Source: the human T2T-CHM13v2.0 reference genome, Homo sapiens
NCBI RefSeq assembly: GCF_009914755.1
Contig: NC_060927.1
Direction: 5' to 3' (one strand)
DNA: 64,000 bases
Part shown: one piece after another, positions 28,671-42,895 of the stretch
How the letters are laid out: every line of letters begins with the position of its first letter
Position numbering within the stretch: the stretch's first letter is position 1
Notes under the pieces: model-generated
What the model was told of the DNA's origin: nothing
Databases searched by the model: none
Seen by the model: only the letters and a program-made list of their open reading frames with translations
Program-made: the position numbers and the translations under genes

Positions 28671-28719
<49 letters not shown>
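28666..28719. repeat. (A)n(TA)n microsatellite inside a MER5-like element (~28635-28845)
   Basis: A run followed by ~19 perfect TA units; flank has AATCTGCATTTGTAACA and GAGAAACACTG of MER5. Confidence 0.85.
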
Positions 28720-28721
<2 letters not shown>

Positions 28722-31700
28722 GCAGGTTTCCAGGCCCTTCCCCTGAGACTCGGATTCACTGGGTGTGGGGTGTTGCTGCACAATCTGCATTTGTAACAGA
28801 CTCCCCCAGGCACTCCCAGGTTCCCCCTTAGAGAAACACTGCCCTGTACCGTGTGGCTTCTTAACTAGCTGCGTGGAAAAGTCACCTCCCTTTGGTCAGA
28901 TCCATTCCAGGAATCTTGGGGCCAAGCTGAAGGCAGAGGAGAAATAGCCTTGGGACCCGACTGACACTGCTGTGTTTGTGCAAAGGAAGGGATAGGGAGA
29001 AGGGTCCCTTGGGGACGGCCAGACCAGACAGGCAGAGGTAGGTTGCGGTGCTGAATATCTTGCCTGTCAGTCAGCTTTGGCATAAAACCCTGGCTGCATA
29101 GTTCACTGACAGTGTGACTTTGGGCTAGTCACTTCATGTCTCTGTGCCTCAGTTTTCTCATCTGTGAAATGGAGCTGATAATTCCTATCTCATAGACTTG
29201 TTAGGAAAGCTAAATTGGACAATGTCTAGAAGGAGCTAGCCCAGTGTTGTGCTCGAATCATAAGCCCCAGTCTCTCCTCAATAGACTGCACTCAAATCTT
29301 TTTTGTTCCTGGAAAGTCTTGCCCTCATCTCTCCTCTTAACTAAATGCTGCTGGTCTGGTCAGGTGCAGTAGCCCATGGCTGGTGTCCCGTTACCTTCTA
29401 AGGTGTGCAAGGAAGTCCCTATGCCTCGGTTCTGGAGTAGCAGGGAAAGGTGGCCACCTCAGCTCAGCTTCTAACTTCTGTGCCTCCTGGGATTTGAGAG
29501 TTAGCAGAAATTATGCCTCCACTCACTCAGAAAATGCCTACAGCTTCTGGGTTTTGGGTGTTTGTGTTCTCTTCTGTCACCTGTACATGCTAAAAAAAAA
29601 GCCCTGATGCCTTCACTCCACTGCAGGTCCTTTCCATTGTAAAGGTTCTGAAGGCACCCTTGGATTGGGCTTAGTCTAGACAGCAGGAAGGGTTTCATCC
29701 AGCTGCATTCTGAAATCATCCTCAACTTGCTGGCCGCATCGACCCCTAACTTATTTTACTCTGAAAGGTTTAAGTTGAAACTACTGAAGTTACTCACTTT
29801 GAGGTTGGAAGGGACCTTTAGTGATGGGGATGCCCCTCCCCTTCCCAGATGCTTCAGTTCTCAATAAGCCAGTGCTTGAATACCTCCTGGGGCAGGGTTC
29901 TTGCTCCTGCTGCAAGGCTGTTGCATTGTTGCAGTTTTAGTTTTTGGTTCCTTTCCGTACTCTGAAACATTAAGAAGTTTCCCTGAACTAAGAAGTCTAG
30001 GAACAGGTGATGCAGGCAGGGTGGAGGTAGCAAGACTCCATCTACTGAGGCTGGGATGTGGGAGAGTTTATCAAGACAGAGACCCAGACCCTGGAGCCTG
30101 GTAACACTTGAAGGTGAACTTTGCATCAGAAACAAGATCCCCAGGGGTGGGCTTCATAGTCATCCCCCCACAGGTCTAGAGCAGTGTTCATTGCCACGTG
30201 CTTTGTTTTATAGAACTTTACAGTTTGAAAACTGCTTTTAATACACTTTATGTTCAGACCCTGGGATACAGAAGCAAGTTCCTCAGGTCCTCCCTGACTA
30301 GTGGCAGTGTGAATTTCAGAATCTGGAGAGGGGCTATGACTGAAGTTGGGGGACAGGTGGCCCAACAGGTAGACATGAAGGATGTGGAGTGAGGTATGTG
30401 CTGCTCAGAGGCTGGGTTTGGGACTGGGTGTGAGTACAGGGATGAGAACTCAAACTCACCAAGCCCTGTGGTTTATTGACATAAAGGTGACTGATTGTTA
30501 GAAAACCTCTTCCCTATTTGATGAAACTTCAAGCTTGTTTCATGTCGGAATTATCTCCCAAGTCATTAACTAGGGGCACACCCGTCGTGTTAATTGAACC
30601 CGTGTGGCTGGTGCAATCTTCACATGGAAGAAGAAAATGCTTGAAATGTGGGAGAGGCATGTGTGGTTTGGGGGCTCAGGGGCTTCTTTGGGGAGCCAAA
30701 AGATTGTACTAGTGAGGATGGGGCTGAGGGAGGAGGGTGCCATCCTCAGGGGCTCTATTTTTCAGCTCATTGCCTCTCTTCCAATGCTTTCTTTCATCCC
30801 AAGCCAGAGTTGTCTGTGGGGTGGGTGGTTTTCCCAGCTTTCTATTGTCGTGGTCTCTGTCCTGGCATGTGGGGAGAAGGCTGTGCCAGCTAGCACTGCA
30901 GCCAAACTCTCAGAACCCATATTTCAAAGCAATTACTGACTGAAAAAGCAGGCTTAGTTGCATAGCTCATAAATACTTCCAGACACCCGGCCACAGGCCT
31001 CAGAAACTGCTCACACGGCACCCCAGGTCCACGGGGGAGTTGCCTGACATGTCCCTGTGCTGGGTCCAGAGTCAGGAGCCACTGTCCAGGTCCTCTTGGT
31101 TCATGCAGAAGATGAAGAAGCATTGTCATACAAAGGGGAAACTTCCCAACCGTGGGACCAGAGACCCCATTTTTACTGTGTAACTGTGGGACGCAGGCAG
31201 TCACTCAGCCCCCCTGGGCCTTGCTTTCTTCTCTTTGTTGGAGGTGACAATGCCTACCTTACATGTTTGCGGGAAGAATGAACCATGATGAAATATGTGG
31301 AGGTGTTTGTAGACTGTGAAGTGCTGTGCAGATCTTAGCTGGGCTGTAAGGAAACCCTTTTCAGCCTGTTCTTAGAGCTGAAGGTAACAGGTTTAGGACA
31401 AATCAAGGGAGACTGAACTTAGTGGTCCCCCTCCATCCCTCTGTTTTGTGATATGGGAATGATAATAGCCTGCTGGGAGAGTTGTTCCGAGGAGTGAATG
31501 AGATCCTGCTGGTAAGCACTTGGCCAGGACTTGGCACACATAAGCTGTCAGTGTAGCCAGATTATTAACACCATACTGATAAAGACTTTCAGGGCTTATC
31601 CTCGAAGATGAGTTTTTGTGACAATTTGTTTGGAAATGCCGACCCCCACCCGAAACACCTAATGTATCAACTGGAACTTTTCTACGTGCTTTTCTGTCTG

Positions 31701-34700
31701 TTGTCTCATTTTACCTCCCAGCCACCCATGAGATAGAGCAGGGTTTTAGTCTCCATTTTATAGCTGAGGAAACTGAGGCACATAGGAGGGAAGTGTTTTT
31801 GTCCGAGATCATGGGGTGAGTTACTGGCAGAGCAAGAGTCTCCTGACTCCTAGAACAGTGCTTCTAACCCTGAACTGCTTTGAAGTTGGAAAGCCGAGCC
31901 CAATTAGCATCCCTGGTGGGATGGAGGTCTGGAGACTCAGAGTCTGTCCTGGTTGGAGCTTTCAGTAAACATTAAAAACAGGAACAGCAACATAGCTGCA
32001 GTATGTTCTCGTTGTTTTGTATGTATCACTTCACTAAATCCTCACAGCAACCTAATGAGGTCTGTACTGTTACTATCCCTGCTTTACTGATGAGGAAATT
32101 GAGGCACAGAAAACTTGCCCAGGGTTGTGTAGCTGATAAGTGGCAAAGAACCAAGTTTTGGAAATCTAGGCAGGCTGGCTGGAGTCTGAGCTCCTCCCGG
32201 GTGTTCTCACCTTCGAGAGCTCAGTGTGTCACGGTCAGCAGATGAGGCGCTGAGGTGTAGAGATGAGCAAGTCATAACCCTGCCTTTGGCTGTAGACTTG
32301 CTGTGTAGCCCAGGACAGATGCCTCCCCTCCTCTCTGAGCCTTGAGTTGTCCATCTGTGGCATGGGGGCATTGGGCTCCCCAGCTCTAGGAAAGGGTAGC
32401 CTTTCTCTGGGTCCCTGGGAAGGCCTGAGGTGTGGAGTGGCCAGCTGGAGCCCCGGGCCAGCCATTGTTGCCGGGCTCTGTCAGCCGCGGGGTGTGGCCC
32501 CAACACTGCCAGGTCCTCCCCAGGGAGGAAGTGTCGGTGTTTACAGGAAATGCAGGACAAGTCCTGGGAGGTGGGTGGAGGAGGGGCAGCCAGCCACTGT
32601 GAGCCCTGAAGACATGTGGGGCTGAGGGCGGTGCCTCTCTTCTCACCCTTTGGACGAGGCTTTTCGTTGTTGTGGGAGGCAAAAGTCCCACTTCCTGGGC
32701 AGCCCTGCCCTTCCCCGCGCCTCTTCCCTCCAAGACTGCCACACCCCAAACGCCTGAACCCCAGGACAGCTGACCCCCTCTGCAGGGAGGCTTCTGGGAG
32801 CCATGGAAATCTGGTCTGCTTTCTCATCCTTCCCCCTGGCCCTCACTGCCCCCATCTGTTAAGTAGGTAACTTGCTGCAGCCTTAACACCGCAGGGCTCA
32901 CTGCCCTCATGGAGTACAGAACCCAAATGGGAGAACCAAGATGCAAAAAGGCCAGGCCAGCCCCATGCAGCCCTGGAACCCATGGGGTACAGGTTAGGCA
33001 CCTCACTTATACCACAAAAAGCTTCCTTAAGAAGTGTGTGAAAATTAAAATCTTGTAAGAAATGGGCTCTATGTTGATTATACTGATAGTATATAGGTTA
33101 TTTTTTAAATTTATGCAAATAAAAAAGATTATAAATTAACTTATTGAACCTTGAAAGGTACCCACCCATGCAAGTGTAGGACCTAAAGCTTCAGCCCCAT
33201 TAGCTTAGCTAGTAGTCAGGGAAGGCTTCCTAGAGTAGGATGTAAGGGTTGAGCTGGCCTTGGCAAGGAGAGGACCCTGGGCCCTGGCTGGTGTGAGAAG
33301 TCAGATCAGCTCAGGTCAGCAAACACTTTCCAGGCATCCATTCTCATCTGGGCTCTAGGGACCAGCAGAATCACATGCAGCCCCTGCCCTCAGGAGCAGC
33401 GTGGATTTATAGGGTTTAGAGCCCTTGGCAAAGGGTGGCATCCTCTGAAAATGCTTCTTCTGTGTTTGGAGTAGAGGAGGCAGATGGAGTTGGGGAAGAC
33501 CACATGAGTGACATGACAAGAGCATGTGTGCACTATCACGTGTCTGGGTCCAAGTGTGAGGCCCTTCCGTTCTGGGCCTGAGCCTCAGTGTGTCCGTCTC
33601 TGTCTGGCCCTGTGTGATGGATTCCCTCTGCGTCCCCCATCCAGGCATCCCACTCCTGCCACAGGTGACGCTCCTGTTCATGTGCGTCAAAAGGCCTGCG
33701 CCCACCTGCCCTACAGGTGCTCTGTGCACACTCCTCTGTGTCCTGGCACCTCTCACACATTTTCATGCCTTGTGGGCTGGGAGTCCTGCTCTGCCCTGGT
33801 ACTGCCCAGCACAGAGGAGGTGACAGTGAACCGAATGAATGGATGTGTCCAGTGTGTGGGTCCAGCCATGGGCCATCTGCTTGTGGTTTTGTCTGAGAGA
33901 GGTTGATGGAAGGGGAATATAGCAGAGTGGACCTTGGGCAAGTCATTTAACTTCACAGAGCCTTAGTTTCTCCAACTGAAAGATGAGTATAATAATAGTG
34001 CTTACCTCACTAAGTGGTTGAAAGTGCTTCTAACCCTCACTAAGCTGGTTGAAAGGATCAAACGAGGTAGCCCCTGGGACGTGCTCAGCTCAGTGCTTAA
34101 TAAATGAATAAATACAGTAGAGGTTGCATAGACTCATTGTCAGAGGGGGAGCTCTGAAACCACATTCCCTGTGTTCAGATCCTGGCCCTGAACTTAGCCT
34201 CTGTGCACCTGTTTCTCCATCCGTAAAATGGGAGTGTTAATGTCTACAGGATACAGTGGTTGGGAAGAAGCCATAGAGCACCTGGCACTTAGTAAGCCCT
34301 AAAAAAAATGCTGGCTTCTGTGTCTGCTGTTGCTGCTGCTTCTGTTGTTAGTATTGGCTGGCTGTGTCTGTGTGGAAGGGAGGGGTGGGAGAAGGGGATT
34401 GTTATTCAGACCACCACACTTGGAAACCACAGGCTGCCCCTCTCATAGCTCCTGGCAACTTCAGATGTGGTGTGTGGTTATTAAATTATAGTGTCCTCTG
34501 TGAATCTCCAGCTGCTGCATCCTCCCCAGCTGCCTGGGGCAGGAGCAGTGACTCCCTGGCCCTTCCTGCTTCGCCTGTGGTCTGGCTTCCTCTGACTCCC
34601 AGAGCGGAGGTTGCAGGAGAAAGATGCGTCTGAGTTTCCTCCTGCTTTGGGCTGGAGTTAGGTGCTCAGGACCCACAACTGTAGAGCTCATCTTGCAGAT

Positions 34701-36339
34701 GAGGAAACCAAGGCAGTCCCCACCACCCATCCTTCAGTATCAGCTGAACCTGTGGGAGAACCAGATCCAGCCTCTGGGGTGCTTCTCCCTCTCCCACCCC
34801 TGGCCATATTCCTAGTGATTTAAAAGCGTGGCCTGGTGAGGAAGGAAGCTCGTTTGTCTCCTAATACTTGTCTGGCCACAGTGTTCTCAGCAGTGGCAGC
34901 ACCTGTGATGCCATTTCAGCGTGAGCCAGGTACTGTGTTATGTGTGCAGACAGAGAGACGCCCTCCCCCTGGGTGATGGGAGGAAGTCACCTCCATCAGC
35001 TGGGATGAGATGGGGAAACTGGGATAGGACAGTCATTTGTCGGGCACCTACTGTGTGCACTTCATGGAGGACACAGAAATGCATAGCAAGCCCATGACTG
35101 CTACCTTCAAGGAACTTTAATATAGGAACGTAAATTAACTGGAGTCGTTGTAGTAAACTGCAACGGGAGCCCCTCCTGCTGGAGAGACAGAAGGCTTCTT
35201 GGAAGAGGTGGTATTTGGGTTGGACCTTGGTTGGGGGGGCAGTGGTGGGTGGGAGGGATGGTGTTGGGCAAGTGCAGGGGAGGGTGGGAAGGAATTCTGT
35301 AACAGTCTTGGAAGGGGGATAGATGGGAAACTGCAAATGTATGCATGGGCCAGGGAGTTGGTTTGGCTGTGTAGGCTGGTCGGTAATGCCAAAGATGTGG
35401 CAGGAATCACTCTGGCAAAATTCCTCAGCTTTGGACATAAAATAAAGCCACAGCGCGTCGTGGTGAGAAGGGCTTCTAGTTCTAGTTCTCTTATTTTACA
35501 GATGGGGAAACTAAGGCCCTTGGAGGGGAAGGGGCCCACACTGGTGACAGAGGTGGGACCAGAACCCAGGTCTGTAAGCGTTGAGGAGCTCTGCCTGTTG
35601 AATTCAGACTGCCTGTAGCTCAGACGGACTCTAGTAACATAAAACCAGCAGGTACTGTGTTACACAGGTCGTATACCTCATTTACAGATGTCATCTCATC
35701 TGATCCCTACATAGACCCTCATAGACCTTGGGAATTTAAGGACTGATATCATCTCCATGTTATAGATGAGGAAACTGAGGCAGGCAGGTTAAGCAACTTA
35801 CCCAAGGTCATTGGGCTGATAAGTGGCAGAACTGGGTCTTGGCATCAGACAGTCAGGTCCCAAAATGTATGCCCTTTACCACTGTCCTTTACTGCAGTCC
35901 CAGAGATGACCAAAATGTTAGAGCCAGTGGTTATGGCTAGGCCAGGCCTGTGACCCAACAGTGTGGCAGAAATGCTGGCTCCAGCCTCTGCTGCCAGCAT
36001 CACTACCTCAGGTTGCCCAAGGCACTTCCAGTGTCCCAAAGACAGAGCCTGAGACACCATCACAGTGGTAGGTTTGTGGCTCCGGCTTACATATTGTTCT
36101 TGAATGTTACCTCTTTATGTTATAATTTTATGAGGTTCCTGAAGATCTTCTAAAAGTTTAAATTCCCCCCCACCCCCACTAGACTTCTGAGCCTCACTTG
36201 ATTATCTGAAAATAAAGCCTTCATGGTCACAGTTGTGTTTCCCTTTTTCTCTTTGGCTAGGAAAAATAGTGTTTGCTCAGGTTGGGAGGAGGCTGAGATG
36301 GAATCAGAAAAAAACAAAATTCTTTGAAAATCCTTATAA

Positions 36340-37060
36340 AGCCACTTCAAACCCACTAGGATGGCTAAGATAAAAAAAAAAAAGGCAGACAATAACAAGT
36401 GTTGACAAGACTGTAGAGAAATTAGAACCCTCATACACTCCTGGTAGGAATGTGGAATGATACAGCCTCTTTGGAGTACAGTCTGGTAGTTCTCAAAACA
36501 TTAAATATAGATTTATCATATGACCCAGCAATTCCACTTCTAGGTATATACCCAAGAGAAAGGAAAATATGGCTATACAAAAATGCGTACACAGATATTC
36601 ACAGCAGCATTATACATGATAGCCAAAAAGAAACAATTCAAATGTCTATCAGTTGAATGGATAAGCAGTATGATCTGTCCATACTGTGGAATATTACTCA
36701 GCCATGAAAAAGAATGAAGAGCTGACACATGCTACAAAATGGGTGGACCTGGAAAACACACTAAGTGAAAGAATCCAGACCCAAAAAGCCTCATACTGTA
36801 TGATTTCATGTAATGAAATGTTCAGAATAGGCAAATCCGTAGAGACGGGAAGTAGACTAGCGGTTGCCAGGGGCTGAGAGGCCTAGCAAGGAGTGAGGTT
36901 TCTTTTTGGATTGATGAAAATGTTCCAAAATTAGATAACGGTGTTGGCCACACAACTCTTTCAAATATACTAATATACTAAAAAGCACTGAATTGTATTT
37001 TAAAGGGGCATATTTCATGATATGTGACTCATATCTCATTAATGCTATTATAAAAAGAAA
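36340..37060 (+). mobile_element. L1M (L1MB-like) 3' fragment
   Basis: CCCACTAGGATGGCT, ATGACCCAGCAATTCCACTTCTAGGTATATACCC, GGAATATTACTCAGCCATGAAAAAGAATGAA. Confidence 0.85.
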
Positions 37061-38081
37061 GCAAACCCCTCTGAAACCACTGATGCTGCTGCGTTTTAAG
37101 AGGAGGGGTGGGGATGTCTCTGGTCAGAAAACAAGGATGAACTTTTGTTTTTACTTAGTGAGAAATGGAAATTGAATTTTTTTAAAAGTCTCTCCTTCGG
37201 TCATGTTTCTGGGAACCATTACAATGCTATCCCTTGGCTGACCCTGGGTGCAGGAGGCATTCTCTCCGAGAGGCGTGAAAGGGAGCCTCACTTCAGACAC
37301 GACGAGGCACCAGGCAGGCAGCGTTCTCAGGGCCTGGCCCCCAGGCTGTGGGATGTGTGTGTCTGGTCTCAGCACACAGTTTCATATGTCTGGGTGTTTT
37401 GTGCTTTGACCCATGAGTCCAGCCTCCACCTCAGTTTTATAGATGTGGAAACTTAGCCTCCCCAGGACAGCCACGACGTAGCCCAGATGACGCAGGGTTT
37501 CCTGAGGAATCCAGGACCCCCAGTCCTCTTGGGCTGTTTCCACAGTATCACATTTGCGCTGTGCTTTGTCTTCCGTGGTCCCAGTTACAGTGCAAATGAT
37601 AGCTCCATCTGCAAAGATTGCAATGTCCCTGTGAGGACAAGGAAGCATCAGAGCAGAAGGGGTCACCAGGGGAAGTCCTGGAGGGACTGTTTAGTACTGG
37701 GAAGGTGCTGGGGTGCTGAGGGGTGAAGGATTCAGCAAAGGAGTGGAGCGAATGTCTGAGGGTTTAGAAATCCCTATCCCGTATCCAGCCCTCCCCTCCG
37801 CCCACTTACAAGCTCTTCCAGCTATTCTGCTAATTGGGATACTCATTCTCACCAGCCTGTCTCCTCCATTTCAAACTTTCCAGCTCCCAGAGAGCTCAGC
37901 CCCGAAGCCCCCTTCCCCTCCCTGCTGGGCTGGTGAGCTTCAGAAAGGTCCCAGCCTGTCTCGGAGGGGCTGGGAGAAGTTACGTCTGCAATCTGGCCCC
38001 ATTTGCATGAATCTCCACACCAGTGAGGATGGAATTTGAGGTTGGAGTGCCCACTGAGAGATTCCCAGGGGGAAAAGCGTT

Positions 38082-38116
<35 letters not shown>

Positions 38117-38824
38117 GAGTTATTAGGCCCTTTTGGCTGTGCTCAGAGTTATGGCTCCCAACCAGCGTTACATAGGACGGAATTAAATGGTCAGAGTTGG
38201 ACAGCACCAGGCCGGGTTACACAGCGTTCATCTCCCCACGTGGAGGCACATATCCTCTTACAACTCTAGGCTGCCGAAAAGGACTAGGCTCATTTGGAGC
38301 CTAGTCCTTTGGAAGGACATTTGGAAGGTCGTTTAAGGTAACAGCCTCTGAGCAGCTTTAATTGATATTCCCTTTACAGCACAAGTGGACTCAGAGGGTG
38401 GATACAGTCCCAGGGAGACTAGGCGGGGGGTTTAGAATTTGGCCCTTCTGCAGGCTCTTCAGAGCTGGCCAGAAAGGACCTGCTGTATGTCAGCCCCTGG
38501 CTGCTTTCACCATCGTGTTCTTATTGACTCCCACCGTGAACCTCCATAGTTATCACCACCTTATAGGTAAGAAACAGAGAGGTTGAGTGGCTTGCCTGAG
38601 GTCACACAGTGACTCTTTTCTGTGTGATGCCAACATTCTGGGCTACTTGGTCACTAAACTTAAAATGCTGACCACCTGGCCCTTTTCCCGTTTTCCCAGA
38701 ATGTGACTCTCCAGGTAAACTTATTGAGTGGTGGGACCATAGTACTCCTGTAATGACCACATGCCCAGAATTTCCTGGAAAGATCCCATTCAGGGTACAA
38801 CAGACCACTGGTCCTTTATTTTTT

Positions 38825-39166
<342 letters not shown>

Positions 39167-39167
39167 C

Positions 39168-41565
39168 TCTTTTATTTTTTAAATTGACAAATAATAATTG
39201 TACATATTCATTAGGTCCATAGTGATGTTTTGATATATGTAATTTATAGATCAGATCAGGATAGTTAGCATACCATCATCTCAAACGTTGATCATTTCTT
39301 TGTGTTGGGAACATTCAATATCCTCCTCCTAGCTATTTGAAACTATATAATATATGATTGATAACTGTAGTCCTCCTACAGTGCTATGGAACCCTAGAAC
39401 TTATTCCTCTTATCTGGCTGTATCTTTTATTCTTTTACAGATCTCTCCCTATCCTCACCTTACTCCTATCCTTCCCAGCCTCTAGTATCCTCTGTTCCAC
39501 TTTTTACGTCTATGAGGTTAGCTTTTTTTTAGTTTCCACATATGAGTGAGAACATGCAGTGTTTAACTTTCTGTTCCTCGCTTATTTCACTTAACATAAT
39601 GTCCTCCAATCCCATTCATGTTGCAACAAATGACAGGATTTCTTTCTTTTTTATGGCTGAATAGTGTTCCGTTGTGTATGTATTTTCATTATCCATTCAT
39701 CTGTTGTTGGATACCTAGGTTGATTCTGTATCTCAGCTACTGTGAATAGTGCTGCAGTAAAGATGGAGGTGTAGATGTCTCCTCCATATACTGATTTTCT
39801 TTCCTTTGGATAAATGCCCAGTAGTAGGATTGCTGGATCACATGGTAGTTCTATTTGTAGTTCTTTGAGGAATCTCCATATTGTTCTCCATAGTGGCTCT
39901 ACTGATTTACATTCCCATCAGCAGTGTAGAAGAGTTCCCTTTTCTCCACATCCTTGCCAGCATTTGTTATCTTGCGTCTTTTTGATAATAGCCATTCTAA
40001 CAGGTGTGAGATGATATCTCATTGTGGTTTTGATTGGCATTTCCCTAGTGATTAGTGATGTGGACATTTTAAAAATATACTTGTTGGCCATTTGTATGTT
40101 TTTTTTTTGAGAAATGTCTATTCATATCATTTACCCATCTTTTTAATCAGATTGGGTTTTTGTGTGTGTGTGTATGTTTTTTCTGTTAAGACCTTTGAGT
40201 TTCTTATCTATTCTGGATATTAATCCCCTGTCGGATGAGTAGTTTGCAGATATTTTCTCCCATTCTGTAGGTTGTCTTTTCACTCTGTTGATGATTTCCT
40301 TTGCTGTACAGATGCTTTGTTGTTTGATATAATCCCATTTGTTTATTTTTACTTTTGTTGCCTGTGTTTTTGAGGTCTTAGTCATAAAATATTTTCCCAG
40401 ACCAATGCCCTGAAGCATTTCTCCTATGTTTTCTTCTACTAGTTTTATAGTTTTGGGTCTTACATTTAGGTCTTTGATCCCTTTTGAGGTTGATTTTTTT
40501 TATAGCATGAGAGGTAAGGATCTAGTTTCATTCCTCTACATATGGATATTCAGTTTTCCCAGACCCATTTAGACTGTCCTTTCTCCAGTGAATGTTCTTG
40601 GCACTTTTGTCAAAACATTAGTTGTCTGTATATATATGGATTAATTTCTGGGTTCTCTATTTTGTTCCCTTGTTCTGTGTGTCTGTTTTTATTCCAGTGC
40701 CATGCTTTTTTGGTTACTATAGCTTTGTAGTATATTTTGAAGTCTGGTAATGTGGTGCCCCCAGCTTTATTCTTTTGGCTCAGGATTGCTTTGGCTATTT
40801 GGGTCTTTTGTGGCTCCATGTAAATTTTAGAATTTTAATTTCTGTTTCTGTGAAGAATGTCATTAGTATTTTGATGGGGATTATGTTGAATCTGTAAATT
40901 GCTTTGGGTAAGTATTGTCATTTTTACAATAGTAATTCTTCTGATCCATGAGCATGGAATGTCTATTTGTTGGTATCCTCTTTGATTTTTTTCATCAGTG
41001 TTTTATGTTTTTTCTTGTAGAAGTCTTTCACCTTCTTAGTTAAATTTATTTCTAGATTGGGCTTTTCTTGTAGCTATTGTAAATGTAGTATTGTGATTTT
41101 TTTTTTGTAGCTCTTGAAAAATCGTTCTCAGCTAGTTTATTGTTCATGTATAGAAATGCTACGGATTTTTATATATTGATTATGTATCCTGCAACTTTAC
41201 TGAGTTTATCAGCTCTAAGAGGTTTTTGGTAGAATATTTAGGGTTTTCTATATATAAGATTATGTCATCTGCAAACAGGGACAGTTTGACTTCTTCCTTT
41301 CTAATTTGGATGCCTTTTATTTCTTTCTCTTGCCTTATTGCTCTGGCTAGGACTCTCAGTAGTATGTTGAAGAATGGTGGTGAGAGTGGACACCTTTGTT
41401 TTGCTCCAGTTCTTAGAGGAAAAGATAAAAGCTAACAGTAAGATGTCAGCTGTGGATTTATCATATATGGCCATTATTATGTTGAGGTACTTTCCTTCTG
41501 CACCTAATTTATTGAGAGTTTTTATCACGAAGGGATGTTGAATATTATCAAATGATTTTTCTGTC
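39168..41565 (-). mobile_element. L1MA-type LINE-1 3' portion (degenerate ORF2 C-terminus + 3'UTR)
   Basis: Minus-strand ORF remnants [13 protein letters not shown]...[52 protein letters not shown]. Confidence 0.92.
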
Positions 41566-41602
41566 CTTTAAACTCTTGAAATAATGGTTAGAAATGTCAT
41601 CC

Positions 41603-41897
41603 TTTTTTTTTTTTGTTCTAGAGACAGGGCCTTGCTCTGTCACCCAGGCTGCTGGAGTGCAGTGGTGTGACCAGCAGCCTCCACCCCCCCAGGCTCAAGC
41701 AATTCTCCTGCCTCAGCCTCCCAAGTAGCTGAGGCTAATAGCTATAGGGATGAGCCACTACATTCAGCTAATTTTTTTTATTTTAGAGACGGGATCTCAT
41801 TTTGTTGCCAAGAGTGGTCTTGAACTGCTGGCTTCAAGCGATCCTCCTGCTTCAGCTTCCCAAAGTGTTGGGATTACAGGCTTGAGCCACTGAGCCC
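41603..41897 (-). mobile_element. Alu (AluJ-like), antisense
   Basis: Diverged Alu body after a T tract. Confidence 0.88.
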
Positions 41898-42689
41898 TAC
41901 TGAAATTTCATCCTTTTGGCCTCCAAACTATCTCTCAAATGTCCTTCCTCACTTAACATACAGCAAAGTTTCAGATCCTTGGTCCTGGTTTGGGGCTTGA
42001 GAAAACAAAGGCACTGAGCCCTGGGCAACCGGGAGACTTCAGCAAGGAAACAGATATGAAGTTGCCTATAAGTTGTAAGGTACTGTAGAGATGGGGGCCT
42101 TTCTACTGGTTCTGAACCACCCTTAGTGTCCGCTAGAGAGCAGAAAGATACCAGCTGATGGAAGGATGGGGCAGTCTGCATTTTCATTGTTCTGATGGGC
42201 TATTCTGATAAACTTATTTCGTCTGTTGCTGTCAGGCTATGGAAACACCACCAGTAGCTAATATCTAATGAGGACCTTCTTTGTGCCACTTCTGAGTGCC
42301 TTTGTTGCATTATTTCAATGAATCCTCTAAATAATCTATACCTATATTACTATCACCCCTGTTTTATAGATGAAACTGGAAAAAAAAAAAAGCTGAGACA
42401 CGGAGAGATTAAGAAACTTGCTTGAAGTGGCACAGCTGGGATTCCACCCAGGCAGTCTGTCTGAGCCCACCCTCTCCACCTCTGAGGCCAGAGAGTACAG
42501 TAAAGTACCCAGAGTACAGTGCAAAGTGCTGGTGAAGAGGATAGGCTCAGAAGACTTCACTCTGTACTCTCTCTGGGCTCAGAAGTAATTTGCACTGTAC
42601 TGTGTCTGAGGCCAGAGAGAGTACTTGAGTCATCTTTGATCCCTCCTTGTGTTAGCTCCATGAAGTAGAAGCTGAGCCATATTTGGTGA

Positions 42690-42895
42690 GTGAGTGTGAG
42701 GGGATGGGTGAGAAGGAGGGATGGCTGAGTGAGTAGATGGAAGGATGGCTGGAAGGGTGAGTGGATGGTCAGATGTCCAGTGTCCTGAAGCGGGTGGGTG
42801 GGTGGATGGATGGATGGATGGATGGATGGATGGATGGATGGATAGATAGATGAATAGATAGATGGGTGAATGAGTGGATGGGTAGGTAGTTGGGT
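42690..42895. repeat. (TGGA)n/(TAGA)n microsatellite and degenerate flanks
   Basis: GGATGGATGGATG... perfect core at ~42803-42843. Confidence 0.9.

Noticed and set aside
40143-41528. L1 ORF2-like peptides
   Set aside because: Fragmented by stops and frameshifts; dead L1MA remnant.
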